From Bacteroidota bacterium (lineage in GTDB: Bacteria > Bacteroidota > Bacteroidia > Chitinophagales > JADIYW01), in NCBI GenBank assembly GCA_963169645.1, contig CAUJCO010000007.1, forward strand, positions 162,737 to 226,736: a stretch of DNA of 64,000 nt, given 5' to 3'. The first letter of the stretch is position 1, and each line of letters starts with the position of its first letter. Below the pieces are notes generated by a model, which was given only the letters and a program-made list of their open reading frames with translations, did not search any database and had not been told where the DNA came from. Positions 45,690 to 55,424 of this stretch are shown here, one piece after another. Made by a program: the position numbers and the translations under genes.

Positions 45690-47306
45690 TCACAACTTTT
45701 GTTTAATTTTTAACGCTTGTTTAGCAGCACGAATTTTATCTCCTAAAGAAATAACTCGATTTTTTTTAGCAACGTATTTCTCCGGAATAAAACCATCTTT
45801 TACTTCATATTGGCAAATAGTATTGCCGTATTTATCTATACAAGAAAGCTTAACGGATACATTGCCATTTACTTCCACTTTGCCAAATGCATCTTTATAA
45901 TTGGCATTTCCAATTCCTTGTCCGCCTTTATTCCAAAGATTTAATTGCAATTTATTTTGGATGATAGAAACTAACTTTGAATTTTTTTGTGCCAAGCCAC
46001 CTGCCATCACTTCCGGAAATCCGGCATTTGTGCCATCATCAATGGCAGCTGTATGGGCATCACCACTTAATACAATCACATTTTTTATTTTATTATCATG
46101 ACAAAAATTAAGCACCTGAGCTTGAGTTTCCGGAAACGCAAACCACATAGATGACAAAGCAGCAGCAATGTAAGCACCTGTCATGTTATCATATAATTTT
46201 CGTTGTTGCACGCGTTTCAACAGCATTAAATCCAGGATTTTTTTGTATGATTTATTAAACGTAACGCCGCTAACTATAAATTTCCATTGTGCCGATGATT
46301 GTTGCAATCCGCGTAACAACCAGTTTAGTTGTGCCGTATCTAAAATAGCATGATGTTGTGGAACACGGTATGCATAGAAATCACCTTTTGAAACAAACGA
46401 TGAAGTATTGGGTGACCGTGTGGAACGCGTATCTAAAAAGAAAAATTCAGCATTTCCACATACAAAAGAGTGATAAACTTGTTGTTTTATTTCATGATAA
46501 GATGGAAAGAAAGTGTGCAAGCCATTTATAGCCATTAGACGCAAACTATCCGGATAGGAAATTTCTTGAATCGTTGTTGTATTTCCATTTAATTTCAATT
46601 TTGTATAACTCATTTTAGAAAAATCATCAAACACGCCATCTTCATCATCAAAAACAAAATCTATAGGTGTAGTTTGTAATAACGATTTCAAAAAGGGCAT
46701 CTCATATCTTTTTTGATACAATTCTTTTTGATGTTCGAGACTTTGTGTATAGTAAAATTTTTCTTCTTTAAAATTATGGGTGTACAACCAATCGCCTAAA
46801 TGTAAAAAGAAATTGGGTTGATGTATTTTCATTTCTAAAAAGATAGAATCATCATAGTGTTGCTCTGTACAAGAACCAAAGACAAAAGAGAATGGAATAG
46901 TCGTATCATTTTTTGCCGGATATGTTTTAAAAGAGCCACTATACGCATCTCGAAAATCATCTTGATTGGTTTGCGTTTGTATCGTGTAATGATACATTGT
47001 ATTGGATGATAAATTTTCCAGTCTAATTTTTCCTACACCATTTGTTATATCAATCGGGAAAAATTTAGTATTGGATGACTCGTTTTTGACTAGTATAAAA
47101 TAACGGATGGAGGACGTATCGGCCAAAAATAAAACAGTTGCAGAACTTGGTGTTACCGCTCCAACAACCGGAACACCAATAATATTATGTTGTGCATTGG
47201 AATTAGTAGAAAAACAAAATATGCAACATATCAAATAGACAATATTAAGATAACTCCTTAACGACAAAAGAAACTTAACAGGTCTAATTTTTGATTTATC
47301 TGTCAT
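45690..47306 (-). CDS. PhoD-like metallophosphatase (exported)
   Basis: Signal peptide SNA|Q. Blocks HLGDWLY, DDEDG and VLSGDAHTAAIDDG. Confidence 0.7.
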   Translation of the reverse strand: MTDKSKIRPVKFLLSLRSYLNIVYLICCIFCFSTNSNAQHNIIGVPVVGAVTPSSATVLFLADTSSIRYFILVKNESSNTKFFPIDITNGVGKIRLENLSSNTMYHYTIQTQTNQDDFRDAYSGSFKTYPAKNDTTIPFSFVFGSCTEQHYDDSIFLEMKIHQPNFFLHLGDWLYTHNFKEEKFYYTQSLEHQKELYQKRYEMPFLKSLLQTTPIDFVFDDEDGVFDDFSKMSYTKLKLNGNTTTIQEISYPDSLRLMAINGLHTFFPSYHEIKQQVYHSFVCGNAEFFFLDTRSTRSPNTSSFVSKGDFYAYRVPQHHAILDTAQLNWLLRGLQQSSAQWKFIVSGVTFNKSYKKILDLMLLKRVQQRKLYDNMTGAYIAAALSSMWFAFPETQAQVLNFCHDNKIKNVIVLSGDAHTAAIDDGTNAGFPEVMAGGLAQKNSKLVSIIQNKLQLNLWNKGGQGIGNANYKDAFGKVEVNGNVSVKLSCIDKYGNTICQYEVKDGFIPEKYVAKKNRVISLGDKIRAAKQALKIKQKL

Positions 47307-47359
47307 AAAAAACTATCTATAAAAAGTGAATAACATATAACTATTAACTGATACTTTCC

Positions 47360-47367
47360 TACTTTTG
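47360..47367 (+). promoter_or_regulatory. -7 box TACTTTTG
   Basis: Matches TAnnTTTG, 18 nt upstream of the TTG start at 47385. Confidence 0.4.
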
Positions 47368-47384
47368 TATAAAGCTATAAAAAT

Positions 47385-48404
47385 TTGGCATTTCAAGATA
47401 GAATAATTTTCATTGTCGGCAATTCGCGCAGTGGCACTACTATGATGCTACGCATTTTTAATAAGCATCCGGAATTGATGGTGTTAAATGAATTGCATTT
47501 TTTTGAACAACTTTGGTCGCCACAAGATAAAGGCAAACCGATTTCAAAAGAAGAAGCTGTTACTTTAGCATCTAAATTATTGCTTACACAACGTGTTGGT
47601 TATATGACGCACGATCAAGACTATCTACAATATACCGATGAAGCAACAAAATTAGTAGATGCGTTGGATGAAAAAAAAATAGTGGCAGAAGCTATTTTTA
47701 ATCATTTCACCAAACGAGAAGTAATGCTCAATCACAAAACAATTGTGTGCGAAAAAACACCACAAAATGTTTTTTATTTAAAAGAGATTTTTGAACTCTA
47801 TCCGAATGCAAAAATCATCAATATGGTGCGCGATCCAAGAGCAATTTTGCTATCTCAAAAAAACAAATGGAACAGACGAAATTTAGGTGGTAATTATATG
47901 ACCGCAAAAGAAGCATTGCGTTTACGAATCAATTATCATCCAATTACATTAAGTAAACTATGGAATGCTGCAATTAACGCGGCACAATTATTTAGCAATG
48001 ACAAACGCATTTTGACGGTACGTTTTGAGGATTTATTGGAACAACCGGAGCACACAATACAAACCATCTGTCATCATATTGATGTTATTTTCAACAAGAA
48101 TATGCTAAACATTACTCAGGAAAGTTCATCTATCGAAAAAGATAGTAAAGAAATAGGATTTAAAAAGGAACGTGCCAGCAACTGGAAAAAAGGTGGATTA
48201 AACACCACCGAACGCTGGATTTGCCAACAACAATGTGGCCACAACTTGGCTATTTACAACTATCCGATAGAAAATTTACAACCTAATTTTGCTTATTTAC
48301 TTTATTATTATATCAGCTTTCCAATTAAACTTGGAATGGCATTTTTGATGAATTTAAATAGAATGAAAAATATTGTAGAAACGCTGAAGAGAAGATTGAT
48401 GTGA
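47385..48404 (+). CDS. Sulfotransferase (PAPS-dependent family)
   Basis: 5'-PSB loop GNSRSGTT at the N-terminus and a 3'-PB-like MVRDPRA block. A TTG start is required to include the PSB loop. Confidence 0.7.
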   Translation: MAFQDRIIFIVGNSRSGTTMMLRIFNKHPELMVLNELHFFEQLWSPQDKGKPISKEEAVTLASKLLLTQRVGYMTHDQDYLQYTDEATKLVDALDEKKIVAEAIFNHFTKREVMLNHKTIVCEKTPQNVFYLKEIFELYPNAKIINMVRDPRAILLSQKNKWNRRNLGGNYMTAKEALRLRINYHPITLSKLWNAAINAAQLFSNDKRILTVRFEDLLEQPEHTIQTICHHIDVIFNKNMLNITQESSSIEKDSKEIGFKKERASNWKKGGLNTTERWICQQQCGHNLAIYNYPIENLQPNFAYLLYYYISFPIKLGMAFLMNLNRMKNIVETLKRRLM

Positions 48405-48510
48405 GACATGAGATATGAGATTTTAGATTTATGATTTATGATTTTAGATTTTAGATTTATGATTTATGATTTATGATTTTAAATTTTAGATTTATATTTT
48501 TAAATTTTTT
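48405..48510. repeat. Heptamer microsatellite field (GATTTAT/GATTTTA/GAGATAT), starting at the first base after the stop codon
   Basis: Direct reading: gacatgagatatgagattttagatttatgatttatgattttagattttagatttatgatttatgatttatgattttaaattttagattt. Confidence 0.85.
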
Positions 48511-48579
48511 CAGATGCTTTCAATTGTTGATTTAAAAGAGAAACATAATTAAAAAAATAAAAGTGAGATTGAAAAAAGT

Positions 48580-49335
48580 ATGCTTCAAAAACAACACCTA
48601 TTTAATTTAGATTTTGTAGCAGCAGATAATTTTGATGCTATTATTCAATCGTTATTAACCGAAAAAAATGACACGCATTTTCCTGCTGTAATTACACCAA
48701 ATGTTGACCTAACTGTTCATCTAAATAAAAACAAAAAGCTATTAGCTATCTTTCGAAATTCAAGATTTATTTTGCCGGATGGTGCACCCATTATTTGGTT
48801 TTCTAAACTCTTAGGCCGGCCTTTAAAAAAGCGATTAGCCGGCAGCGATTTATTTCCGATAATTTGGAAATCCGGCATACAACATCAAAAAAAAATGGTA
48901 TTAATATTACCCAACGAAGCGGTAAAAAATAAATTACAAGCAGAATATCCAAATACAATTTGTTACATACCACCATTTTTTGATGCAACAGAAAAAGATG
49001 TGGATCTTGAAGCACAAACCATTTTTCCTATCATAGATAAACATCAACCAGATTTTGTTTTCTTAGGATTACGCTATCCAAAACAAGAAATGTTGATTAT
49101 ACAATTGCATGAAAAAATAAAAAATAGTTCAATCAAAATGCCTGTATTTTTTAACCTCGGTGCATCGTATGAATTTTATACCGGCTTAAAAAACAGAGCA
49201 CCAAAATGGATGCAAAAAATCGGATTGGAGTGGTTACATCGTTTCTTATCAGAACCCAAACGTACCTTTAAACGGTATTTTTATGATGATTTGTATATTT
49301 TTGTATTATTCATCCGAGAAATACGCAAAAAATAA
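48580..49335 (+). CDS. WecB/TagA/CpsF-family glycosyltransferase
   Basis: ITPNVD, LPDGAPIIW, GLRYPKQE and LEWLHRFLSEPKR blocks. Confidence 0.8.
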   Translation: MLQKQHLFNLDFVAADNFDAIIQSLLTEKNDTHFPAVITPNVDLTVHLNKNKKLLAIFRNSRFILPDGAPIIWFSKLLGRPLKKRLAGSDLFPIIWKSGIQHQKKMVLILPNEAVKNKLQAEYPNTICYIPPFFDATEKDVDLEAQTIFPIIDKHQPDFVFLGLRYPKQEMLIIQLHEKIKNSSIKMPVFFNLGASYEFYTGLKNRAPKWMQKIGLEWLHRFLSEPKRTFKRYFYDDLYIFVLFIREIRKK

Positions 49336-49356
49336 AACAGCTTAAAATTCCATTCT

Positions 49357-49818
49357 ATGCAACACCCATTAGATGATATTGATTTTAAGATTTTATCTAT
49401 CTTGATGAAAGATGCTAAAACACCTTATACAGACATTGCCAAAGAATTGTTTGTATCCAGTGGAACGGTGCATGTACGCATGAAAAAGATGGAAGAAATG
49501 GGCATTATTAAGAGTTTTAATTTGCAATTAAATTACCATAAACTCGGCTATGATATCACCGCATTTTTGGGCATTTATCTCAGCAAAAGTTCTAAATATG
49601 ATGAAGTTGCAAAAGCATTAGAAGATATTCCCGAAATTGTGGACTTACATTACACAACCGGAAATTATTCGATGTTTTTGAAATTGGTTTGCAAAGACAC
49701 AGAACATCTACGTAAAATTTTGATGGAAAAAATTCAAAGTATTCCGGAAATTACACGCACCGAGACTATGATTTCTTTACAAGAAAACTTAAATCGTCCG
49801 TTAAAATTTGAAGAATAA
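49357..49818 (+). CDS. Lrp/AsnC-family transcriptional regulator
   Basis: N-terminal HTH (LDDIDFKILSILMKDAKTPYTDIAKELFVSSGTVHVRMKKM) plus a RAM domain. Confidence 0.9.
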   Translation: MQHPLDDIDFKILSILMKDAKTPYTDIAKELFVSSGTVHVRMKKMEEMGIIKSFNLQLNYHKLGYDITAFLGIYLSKSSKYDEVAKALEDIPEIVDLHYTTGNYSMFLKLVCKDTEHLRKILMEKIQSIPEITRTETMISLQENLNRPLKFEE

Positions 49819-49833
49819 TTTTTTAGTATTCAA
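49741..49833 (+). repeat. Direct repeat copy A (93 nt): last 75 nt of the Lrp/AsnC coding sequence, its stop codon, and 15 nt downstream
   Basis: Aligned by hand to 50769-50861: 89/93 identical, and the last 66 nt are identical. Confidence 0.9.
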
Positions 49834-50707
49834 ATTTATATTTTAACGGCAATAAAGAATAATCAGCTAAATAAATCAGTTTAGCACTTTCTGCAGTAAT
49901 TAATAATTCACTGACATCTTTATTAGAATTAAATGTATAATTGAAGAAAAATGCATCACCATCTTTATTGGTAATTTTTTTCACTAAAGGCATATTTTTT
50001 GTCTGAAATGGGATAAATTCAACAATGCCATCAAAAAAATATCCAAAAAACATAGAACTATATGCAAGAGGAAAAGATGCTCGATTTCTAAAATTGTAAA
50101 ACAATGGAATAGTAGAAACATGTTGATTATCTGTAAAATAATGAACTGTATCAATCATTAATGGTTCAACACCATAACCTTGTCCACTATGTACTATTGC
50201 TTTATCATCAAAATAACTAAACCTTGCAGAATCTTCCCACCCACCACATCTATCTGAAAATGGGTGACGTTTATAATGAGACATTGCACCATCTAGATTA
50301 TAGAAAATATAATATTCATCCGATGCATATAATCCATCACATCCGTAAGGTCTAAATTCTAAATATTCTAGATTTCCTAGTGAATTATACCAAAAACCGA
50401 AATTATAAAAGGCGAAAGTTGAGTTATCTTTAATACCGTAAAATGATGTGCTATCATCATAGTATAAATTAGTATAGCTATCAATTCCAGGATTTGCGTA
50501 TATACTATCAAAATAATTTTCACTTGAATTTTTATAAAATTGATACGTCTGAATTAAACTATCCCAACCTGTTTTCAAACTATAAATACTCACCTTCTTT
50601 GGAAATGCATTTACATGTGGAGCCGTTTTAAAATTTTTATCATTTTCACAAGAAAACGACAACAAAAGGAGTATAAAAGCGAATAAATATGTTTTCATAT
50701 AATACAA
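49823..50707 (-). CDS. Hypothetical lipoprotein carried between the 93-nt direct repeats
   Basis: Lipobox LLSFSC|END. 294 aa, aromatic-rich (Y/F). Its last 11 nt, including the stop codon, lie inside repeat copy A. Confidence 0.6.
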   Translation of the reverse strand: MYYMKTYLFAFILLLLSFSCENDKNFKTAPHVNAFPKKVSIYSLKTGWDSLIQTYQFYKNSSENYFDSIYANPGIDSYTNLYYDDSTSFYGIKDNSTFAFYNFGFWYNSLGNLEYLEFRPYGCDGLYASDEYYIFYNLDGAMSHYKRHPFSDRCGGWEDSARFSYFDDKAIVHSGQGYGVEPLMIDTVHYFTDNQHVSTIPLFYNFRNRASFPLAYSSMFFGYFFDGIVEFIPFQTKNMPLVKKITNKDGDAFFFNYTFNSNKDVSELLITAESAKLIYLADYSLLPLKYKFEY

Positions 50708-50768
50708 ATATATAGAAAGTTTACAAATTAATTAATATCCACAAATAAATATTCAAAAAATTAAAAAT

Positions 50769-50861
50769 ATCCTGGAAATTACACGCACCGAAACGATGAT
50801 TTCTTTACAAGAAAACTTAAATCGTCCGTTAAAATTTGAAGAATAATTTTTTAGTATTCAA
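50769..50861 (+). repeat. Direct repeat copy B (non-coding relic of the Lrp/AsnC 3' end)
   Basis: See copy A. No upstream reading frame is attached to it. Confidence 0.9.
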
Positions 50862-50919
50862 CGCTACTTTACGCATTTATTAAGCATTATTCACTGAATT
50901 GTACTTACACTATTTTTAT

Positions 50920-50927
50920 TATCTTTG
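50920..50927 (+). promoter_or_regulatory. -7 box TATCTTTG
   Basis: Matches TAnnTTTG and ends 5 nt before the ATG at 50933. Confidence 0.4.
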
Positions 50928-50932
50928 TTTCG

Positions 50933-51916
50933 ATGCAAATTTTTGACAACATATTACAAACAATTGGAAACACACCTATTGTTCGCTTAAATAAAATTAC
51001 GGCTCATATTCCGGCAACTATCGCTGTTAAGATTGAATCCTTTAATCCGGGAAACTCTATTAAAGATAGAATGGCAGTAAAAATGATAGAAGATGCGGAA
51101 AAAGATGGCCGATTAAAACCGGGTGGAACAATTATAGAATGTACTTCCGGAAATACCGGAATGGGATTGGCGATGGCAGCTTGTATCAAAGGTTATAAAT
51201 GTATTTTTACTTCTACCGACAAGCAATCAAAAGAAAAATTTGATATGTTGCGTGCATTAGGTGCTGAAGTAATTGTTTGCCCAACGAATGTAGATGCAGA
51301 TGATGAACGCTCCTATTATTCCGTTGCCAAAAAATTAGCACAAGAAATTCCAAATTCTGTTTGGATGAACCAATACGATAATTTATCTAACAGACAAGCA
51401 CACTATGAAAGTACCGGACCGGAAATTTGGAAACAAACAGATGGGAAAATTACACACTTTGTAGTTGGCATAGGCACAGGTGGCACCGTAACCGGAACAT
51501 CCAAATATTTGAAAGAACAAAATCCGGCTATAAAAACGTATGGAATAGATACCTATGGTTCTATATTAAAACAATTTCATGAAACGGGAACTTTTGACCC
51601 GAAAGAAATTCATAGCTACATCACCGAAGGAATTGGCGAAGATATCATTCCTCAAAATTATGATTTTAGTTTAATTGATTATATTGAAAAAGTAACAGAC
51701 AAAGATGCTGCTTTAATGCAACGTAGATTGGCAAAAGAAGAAGGTATTTTTGCCGGAAACTCTGCCGGTTCAGCAGTACAAGGTGTGTTACAAATTCACG
51801 AAAAATTTCCATTTACCAAAGATGATTTAGTGGTAATTATTTTACATGATCATGGTTCACGCTATGTTGCCAAATTCTTCAATGACGATTGGATGTGTGA
51901 AAAAGGATTTCTATAA
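50933..51916 (+). CDS. PLP-dependent cysteine synthase / cystathionine beta-synthase family enzyme
   Basis: NPGNSIKDRMA (PLP Lys), TSGNTG, GIGTGGTVTG. Confidence 0.85.
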   Translation: MQIFDNILQTIGNTPIVRLNKITAHIPATIAVKIESFNPGNSIKDRMAVKMIEDAEKDGRLKPGGTIIECTSGNTGMGLAMAACIKGYKCIFTSTDKQSKEKFDMLRALGAEVIVCPTNVDADDERSYYSVAKKLAQEIPNSVWMNQYDNLSNRQAHYESTGPEIWKQTDGKITHFVVGIGTGGTVTGTSKYLKEQNPAIKTYGIDTYGSILKQFHETGTFDPKEIHSYITEGIGEDIIPQNYDFSLIDYIEKVTDKDAALMQRRLAKEEGIFAGNSAGSAVQGVLQIHEKFPFTKDDLVVIILHDHGSRYVAKFFNDDWMCEKGFL

Positions 51917-51920
51917 AACA

Positions 51921-51948
51921 AAGAGTGTTGCCACTAAGCAACACTCTT
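51921..51948. terminator. Bidirectional terminator hairpin
   Basis: 11-bp stem aagagtgttgc/gcaacactctt between convergent genes. Confidence 0.65.
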
Positions 51949-51978
51949 AAATTAACAAACATAGGAATACAACTGGAA

Positions 51979-52581
51979 CTATTTTGGAATTCCATATTTT
52001 TCGCAAATTTCATCATACGTCATTTGAGCTAAAGGTTTGCTTAATCGCACGTGTCTTACAGATGGAATTATTACGTATCTAAATTTATGTTTACTGCTAA
52101 TAGCCGGAATACCTGCCGGATTTCCGGATGTTTGAATGAATTGTATTTTTCCTTTAGAAAGTGAAAAATCCCAAATACTTAAGAAGCCATTCACTACTGT
52201 AGTTGTTGCCAATGCACGTGTTTGGTTGTTATCATTATCCAATCTACAATACGCCATTACAACACCTTTATCTAAAATTTCTTGAGTAATTTTAGGTGCA
52301 TTTACAGTAAAGTAACGAACATTTGTTGGTGTAGCCGGAGTTCCTGTACCGTTTACGCCGCCGCTATTACCACCACCGCCGCCGTTATTTCCGGTTGTTT
52401 CTGCTTGTGGAGATAACCAATCAGAATAAATAACATCTGTACCTTGTAAAACAACAGAATCTATTTTTACAATAGTGTCTCTTACATACTCTTTTTGTGG
52501 AATAAAGATGGTACTCTCTTTTTTGCATGCAACTGTAGTTAATAGTAGTGCAGTTGCAAATAGGTTGATTAAGTTTTTCAT
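51979..52581 (-). CDS. Lipoprotein with a Gly-rich linker, paralog of 52750-53295
   Basis: Lipobox TVAC|KKE. GNNGGGGGNSGGVNGTGTP linker. Its C-terminus (MTYDEICEKYGIPK) resembles that of the neighbouring gene. Confidence 0.6.
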   Translation of the reverse strand: MKNLINLFATALLLTTVACKKESTIFIPQKEYVRDTIVKIDSVVLQGTDVIYSDWLSPQAETTGNNGGGGGNSGGVNGTGTPATPTNVRYFTVNAPKITQEILDKGVVMAYCRLDNDNNQTRALATTTVVNGFLSIWDFSLSKGKIQFIQTSGNPAGIPAISSKHKFRYVIIPSVRHVRLSKPLAQMTYDEICEKYGIPK

Positions 52582-52689
52582 AGTTTTAAAATTTAAAATG
52601 TGATTTGATGATATAAAACTGCATCAACTAAATTAAATACGACCGAATGACTGCGTAAATGGAAATATGAATGCGTAAACGGTAAGAAA

Positions 52690-52720
52690 TAAAAAAACGC
52701 CATTCAATTTGAATGGCGTT
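52690..52720 (-). terminator. Rho-independent terminator
   Basis: The minus strand has stem cgccattca/tgaatggcg followed by T7. Confidence 0.75.
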
Positions 52721-52749
52721 TACAATGTTACTATGCTGTCAACATACAA

Positions 52750-53295
52750 TTACTCTTTGATATTGTAAGCATGACAGAATTCTTCGTAAGACATAGTTCT
52801 AGGATCTTTTGTTCTTCCATTGATGACAGTTGACGCCGGAATGACAAAAATCTTAGCACTTGTAAAATGTCTATCCGATCCGGAGTAAGAAGTTCCATCT
52901 ATATCACGAAGTTGAATATAAAAGGAGCTTGGTAAAGCAAGATAACTTCTCGATTGATAGGAACCGGCACATCCTAAACCCTCCATGTTATACCAAAAGT
53001 TATCACACAATGCATCGCTGAGTAAATAGAAACCAACAATAAGACTGCTGTTGGCATCTGTAGTCGTTAAACCGGTTAGTGCAAAAGATTTAGAGGAAGT
53101 AGAGGTTGACAATGTGAAATCTGTTTCAAATTTATACATTTTCACATTTGCATTACCAGGTACTCCTTGTGGTCCTGCTGGACCTGCTGGTCCTGTCGGT
53201 CCTTGTGGTCCTTGTGGTCCTGTTGCGCCTTCTTTCGTACATGCGATTGCGAATATTACTGCAAATACGCATAAAATTTTAATCATACTTTTCAT
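52750..53295 (-). CDS. Lipoprotein with a short collagen-like (G-X-Y) tract
   Basis: Lipobox AIAC|TKE, followed by GATGPQGPQGPTGPAGPAGPQGVPGNA. The ORF extends to 53346, but the ATG at 53295 (MKSMIKIL) gives a canonical signal peptide. Confidence 0.65.
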   Translation of the reverse strand: MKSMIKILCVFAVIFAIACTKEGATGPQGPQGPTGPAGPAGPQGVPGNANVKMYKFETDFTLSTSTSSKSFALTGLTTTDANSSLIVGFYLLSDALCDNFWYNMEGLGCAGSYQSRSYLALPSSFYIQLRDIDGTSYSGSDRHFTSAKIFVIPASTVINGRTKDPRTMSYEEFCHAYNIKE

Positions 53296-53467
53296 AATTT
53301 TTGTTTTTATTAATCCAAATTTGGCACGTATTTGAAAATCTGTCAATACATAATTAGTATTCGGGAAGTTTGATTGAGAATTTGGGAAAGAAACGCTATT
53401 AATAAACTATTTTTACAGCCAAAATATAGTAGTACATACTGCTACAAATTGATTATAGAATTGAAAA

Positions 53468-54220
53468 ATGGATTTAAAAATTGTTTCTTTAGTTCCTTCT
53501 ATTACTTTATTGCTCTGCGATTTAGGTTTAGAACATGCACTTGTGGGCAGAACAAAATTTTGCACCGAACCGAAGGAGAAACTAAGCGGAATTCCAATTA
53601 TTGGTGGAACCAAAAATATTGATTTTCAAAAAATACAGGATGCGCAGCCAACACTCCTATTTGCAACAAAAGAAGAAAATGTAAAAGAACAAATACAAGC
53701 ACTAAAAAAACACTTTAAAACCATTGTATTTGAAGTAAATAATTTGGAAGATAATTACAAGATGATTGAAAAAATTGGGAAGTTAACGCAAACATCTGAA
53801 AGAGCAGCACAAATAATCCAACAAACCATTCAAAATTTCCAATTATTAGACACTAAAAAAATAAACCCACCTATTCCAACGCTCTATCTCATTTGGAAAA
53901 AACCATATATGACTATCGGAAAAGACACGTTTATTCATGCCATGATGGAACGTATAGGCTTGTGTAATCTATTCAGTCATCAAACCAGATATCCGATTAT
54001 TCAAAACATGCAAACTTCATTTTTTGAAAAATGTAAATTAGTTATCTTATCCAGTGAACCATATCCATTTACAGAAGCACATATTCGAGCAATTCGTGAA
54101 CAATTGCCCAATGCTCAAATTTTATTGGCTGATGGTGCGTATTTTTCTTGGTATGGTAGCAAAATAACGGAAGCACCTGCATATTTTCAACAATTAATCG
54201 AAAAAATCAACAAATCATAA
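53468..54220 (+). CDS. Helical-backbone metal-receptor / BtuF-like periplasmic binding-protein homolog
   Basis: IVSLVPSITLLLCDLGLEHALVGRTKFC N-terminal block, typical of the cobalamin/siderophore-binding fold. No signal peptide is apparent. Confidence 0.6.
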   Translation: MDLKIVSLVPSITLLLCDLGLEHALVGRTKFCTEPKEKLSGIPIIGGTKNIDFQKIQDAQPTLLFATKEENVKEQIQALKKHFKTIVFEVNNLEDNYKMIEKIGKLTQTSERAAQIIQQTIQNFQLLDTKKINPPIPTLYLIWKKPYMTIGKDTFIHAMMERIGLCNLFSHQTRYPIIQNMQTSFFEKCKLVILSSEPYPFTEAHIRAIREQLPNAQILLADGAYFSWYGSKITEAPAYFQQLIEKINKS

Positions 54221-54260
54221 AAAAACAAGCCAATTCGAGTGGCTACTTATGAGTATTGAT

Positions 54261-54268
54261 TATCTTTG
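54261..54268 (+). promoter_or_regulatory. -7 box TATCTTTG upstream of fbaB
   Basis: Matches TAnnTTTG, 21 nt upstream of the ATG. Confidence 0.45.
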
Positions 54269-54288
54269 CACTCGAAAAAAATTGAAAT

Positions 54289-55344
54289 ATGAGCAAATAT
54301 ATAGAGCTTTTAGGCGAAGAAAGAGCCAAATATTTATTGGAACATCAATCTAAAACCATTGATAAATCGTTATTACATTTGCCAAGTGGCGATTTTGTCG
54401 ATAAAATTTGGATTCAAAGCAACCGCAGTCCGCAAGTATTGCGTAGCTTACAACAAATATACGGCAATGGCCGGTTAGCCAATACCGGTTATGTTTCAAT
54501 TTTGCCGGTAGATCAAGGTATTGAGCACAGTGCAGGTGCCAGCTTTGCTCCTAATCCTATTTATTTTGACTCAGAAAATATTGTAAAATTAGCCGTAGAA
54601 GGTGGTTGTAATGCAGTTGCTTCTACGTATGGCGTTTTAGGTTCTGTAGCACGCAAGTATGCTCATAAAATTCCATTTATTGTAAAAATAAACCATAACG
54701 AATTTTTGTCTTATCCGAATTCTTTTGACCAAATTATGTTTGGAACAATCAAAGATGCTTGGAACATGGGTGCAGTTGCTGTAGGTGCTACAATTTATTT
54801 TGGATCTGCTGAATCGAAAAGACAAATTGTAGAAGTTGCCAAAGCATTTGAGTATGCACATGAATTGGGTATGGCTACTATTTTATGGTGCTATACACGT
54901 AACAACGATTTTAAAAAAGATGGTGTTGACTATCATACGGCAACCGACTTATCCTCACAAGCCAACCATATTGGTGTAACGATACAAGCGGATATCATCA
55001 AACAAAAATTACCGACTTTAAATGGTGGTTATAACGCATTGAAATTTGGTAAAACACACCCAAAAGTGTATTCCGATTTAACGACAGATCATCCAATTGA
55101 TTTAACACGTTATCAAGTAGCCAATTGCTATATGGGTCGTGCGGGTTTAATTAATTCCGGTGGTGAAAGTAAAGGACAAACCGATTTAGCAGAAGCGGTG
55201 GAAACAGCAATTATCAATAAAAGAGCTGGCGGTATGGGATTAATTTCAGGACGAAAAGCATTCCAAAAAGATGTAAAAACCGGTGTTGCATTATTAAATG
55301 CTATTCAAGATGTGTATTTAGATGACACGGTAAGCATTGCCTAA
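54289..55344 (+). CDS. fbaB: Class I fructose-bisphosphate aldolase (DhnA/FbaB type)
   Basis: Collinear with E. coli FbaB as I recall it: [79 protein letters not shown]. Confidence 0.9.
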   Translation: MSKYIELLGEERAKYLLEHQSKTIDKSLLHLPSGDFVDKIWIQSNRSPQVLRSLQQIYGNGRLANTGYVSILPVDQGIEHSAGASFAPNPIYFDSENIVKLAVEGGCNAVASTYGVLGSVARKYAHKIPFIVKINHNEFLSYPNSFDQIMFGTIKDAWNMGAVAVGATIYFGSAESKRQIVEVAKAFEYAHELGMATILWCYTRNNDFKKDGVDYHTATDLSSQANHIGVTIQADIIKQKLPTLNGGYNALKFGKTHPKVYSDLTTDHPIDLTRYQVANCYMGRAGLINSGGESKGQTDLAEAVETAIINKRAGGMGLISGRKAFQKDVKTGVALLNAIQDVYLDDTVSIA

Positions 55345-55363
55345 AAATGTACAACAATTAACT

Positions 55364-55397
55364 AAAAATGCCTCCACGAATTGGAGGCATTTTTTTG
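55364..55397 (+). terminator. Rho-independent terminator of fbaB
   Basis: Stem tgcctcca/tggaggca followed by T8. Confidence 0.8.
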
Positions 55398-55424
55398 TAT
55401 ATAAAAGATGATTTTTAAAAAAGA

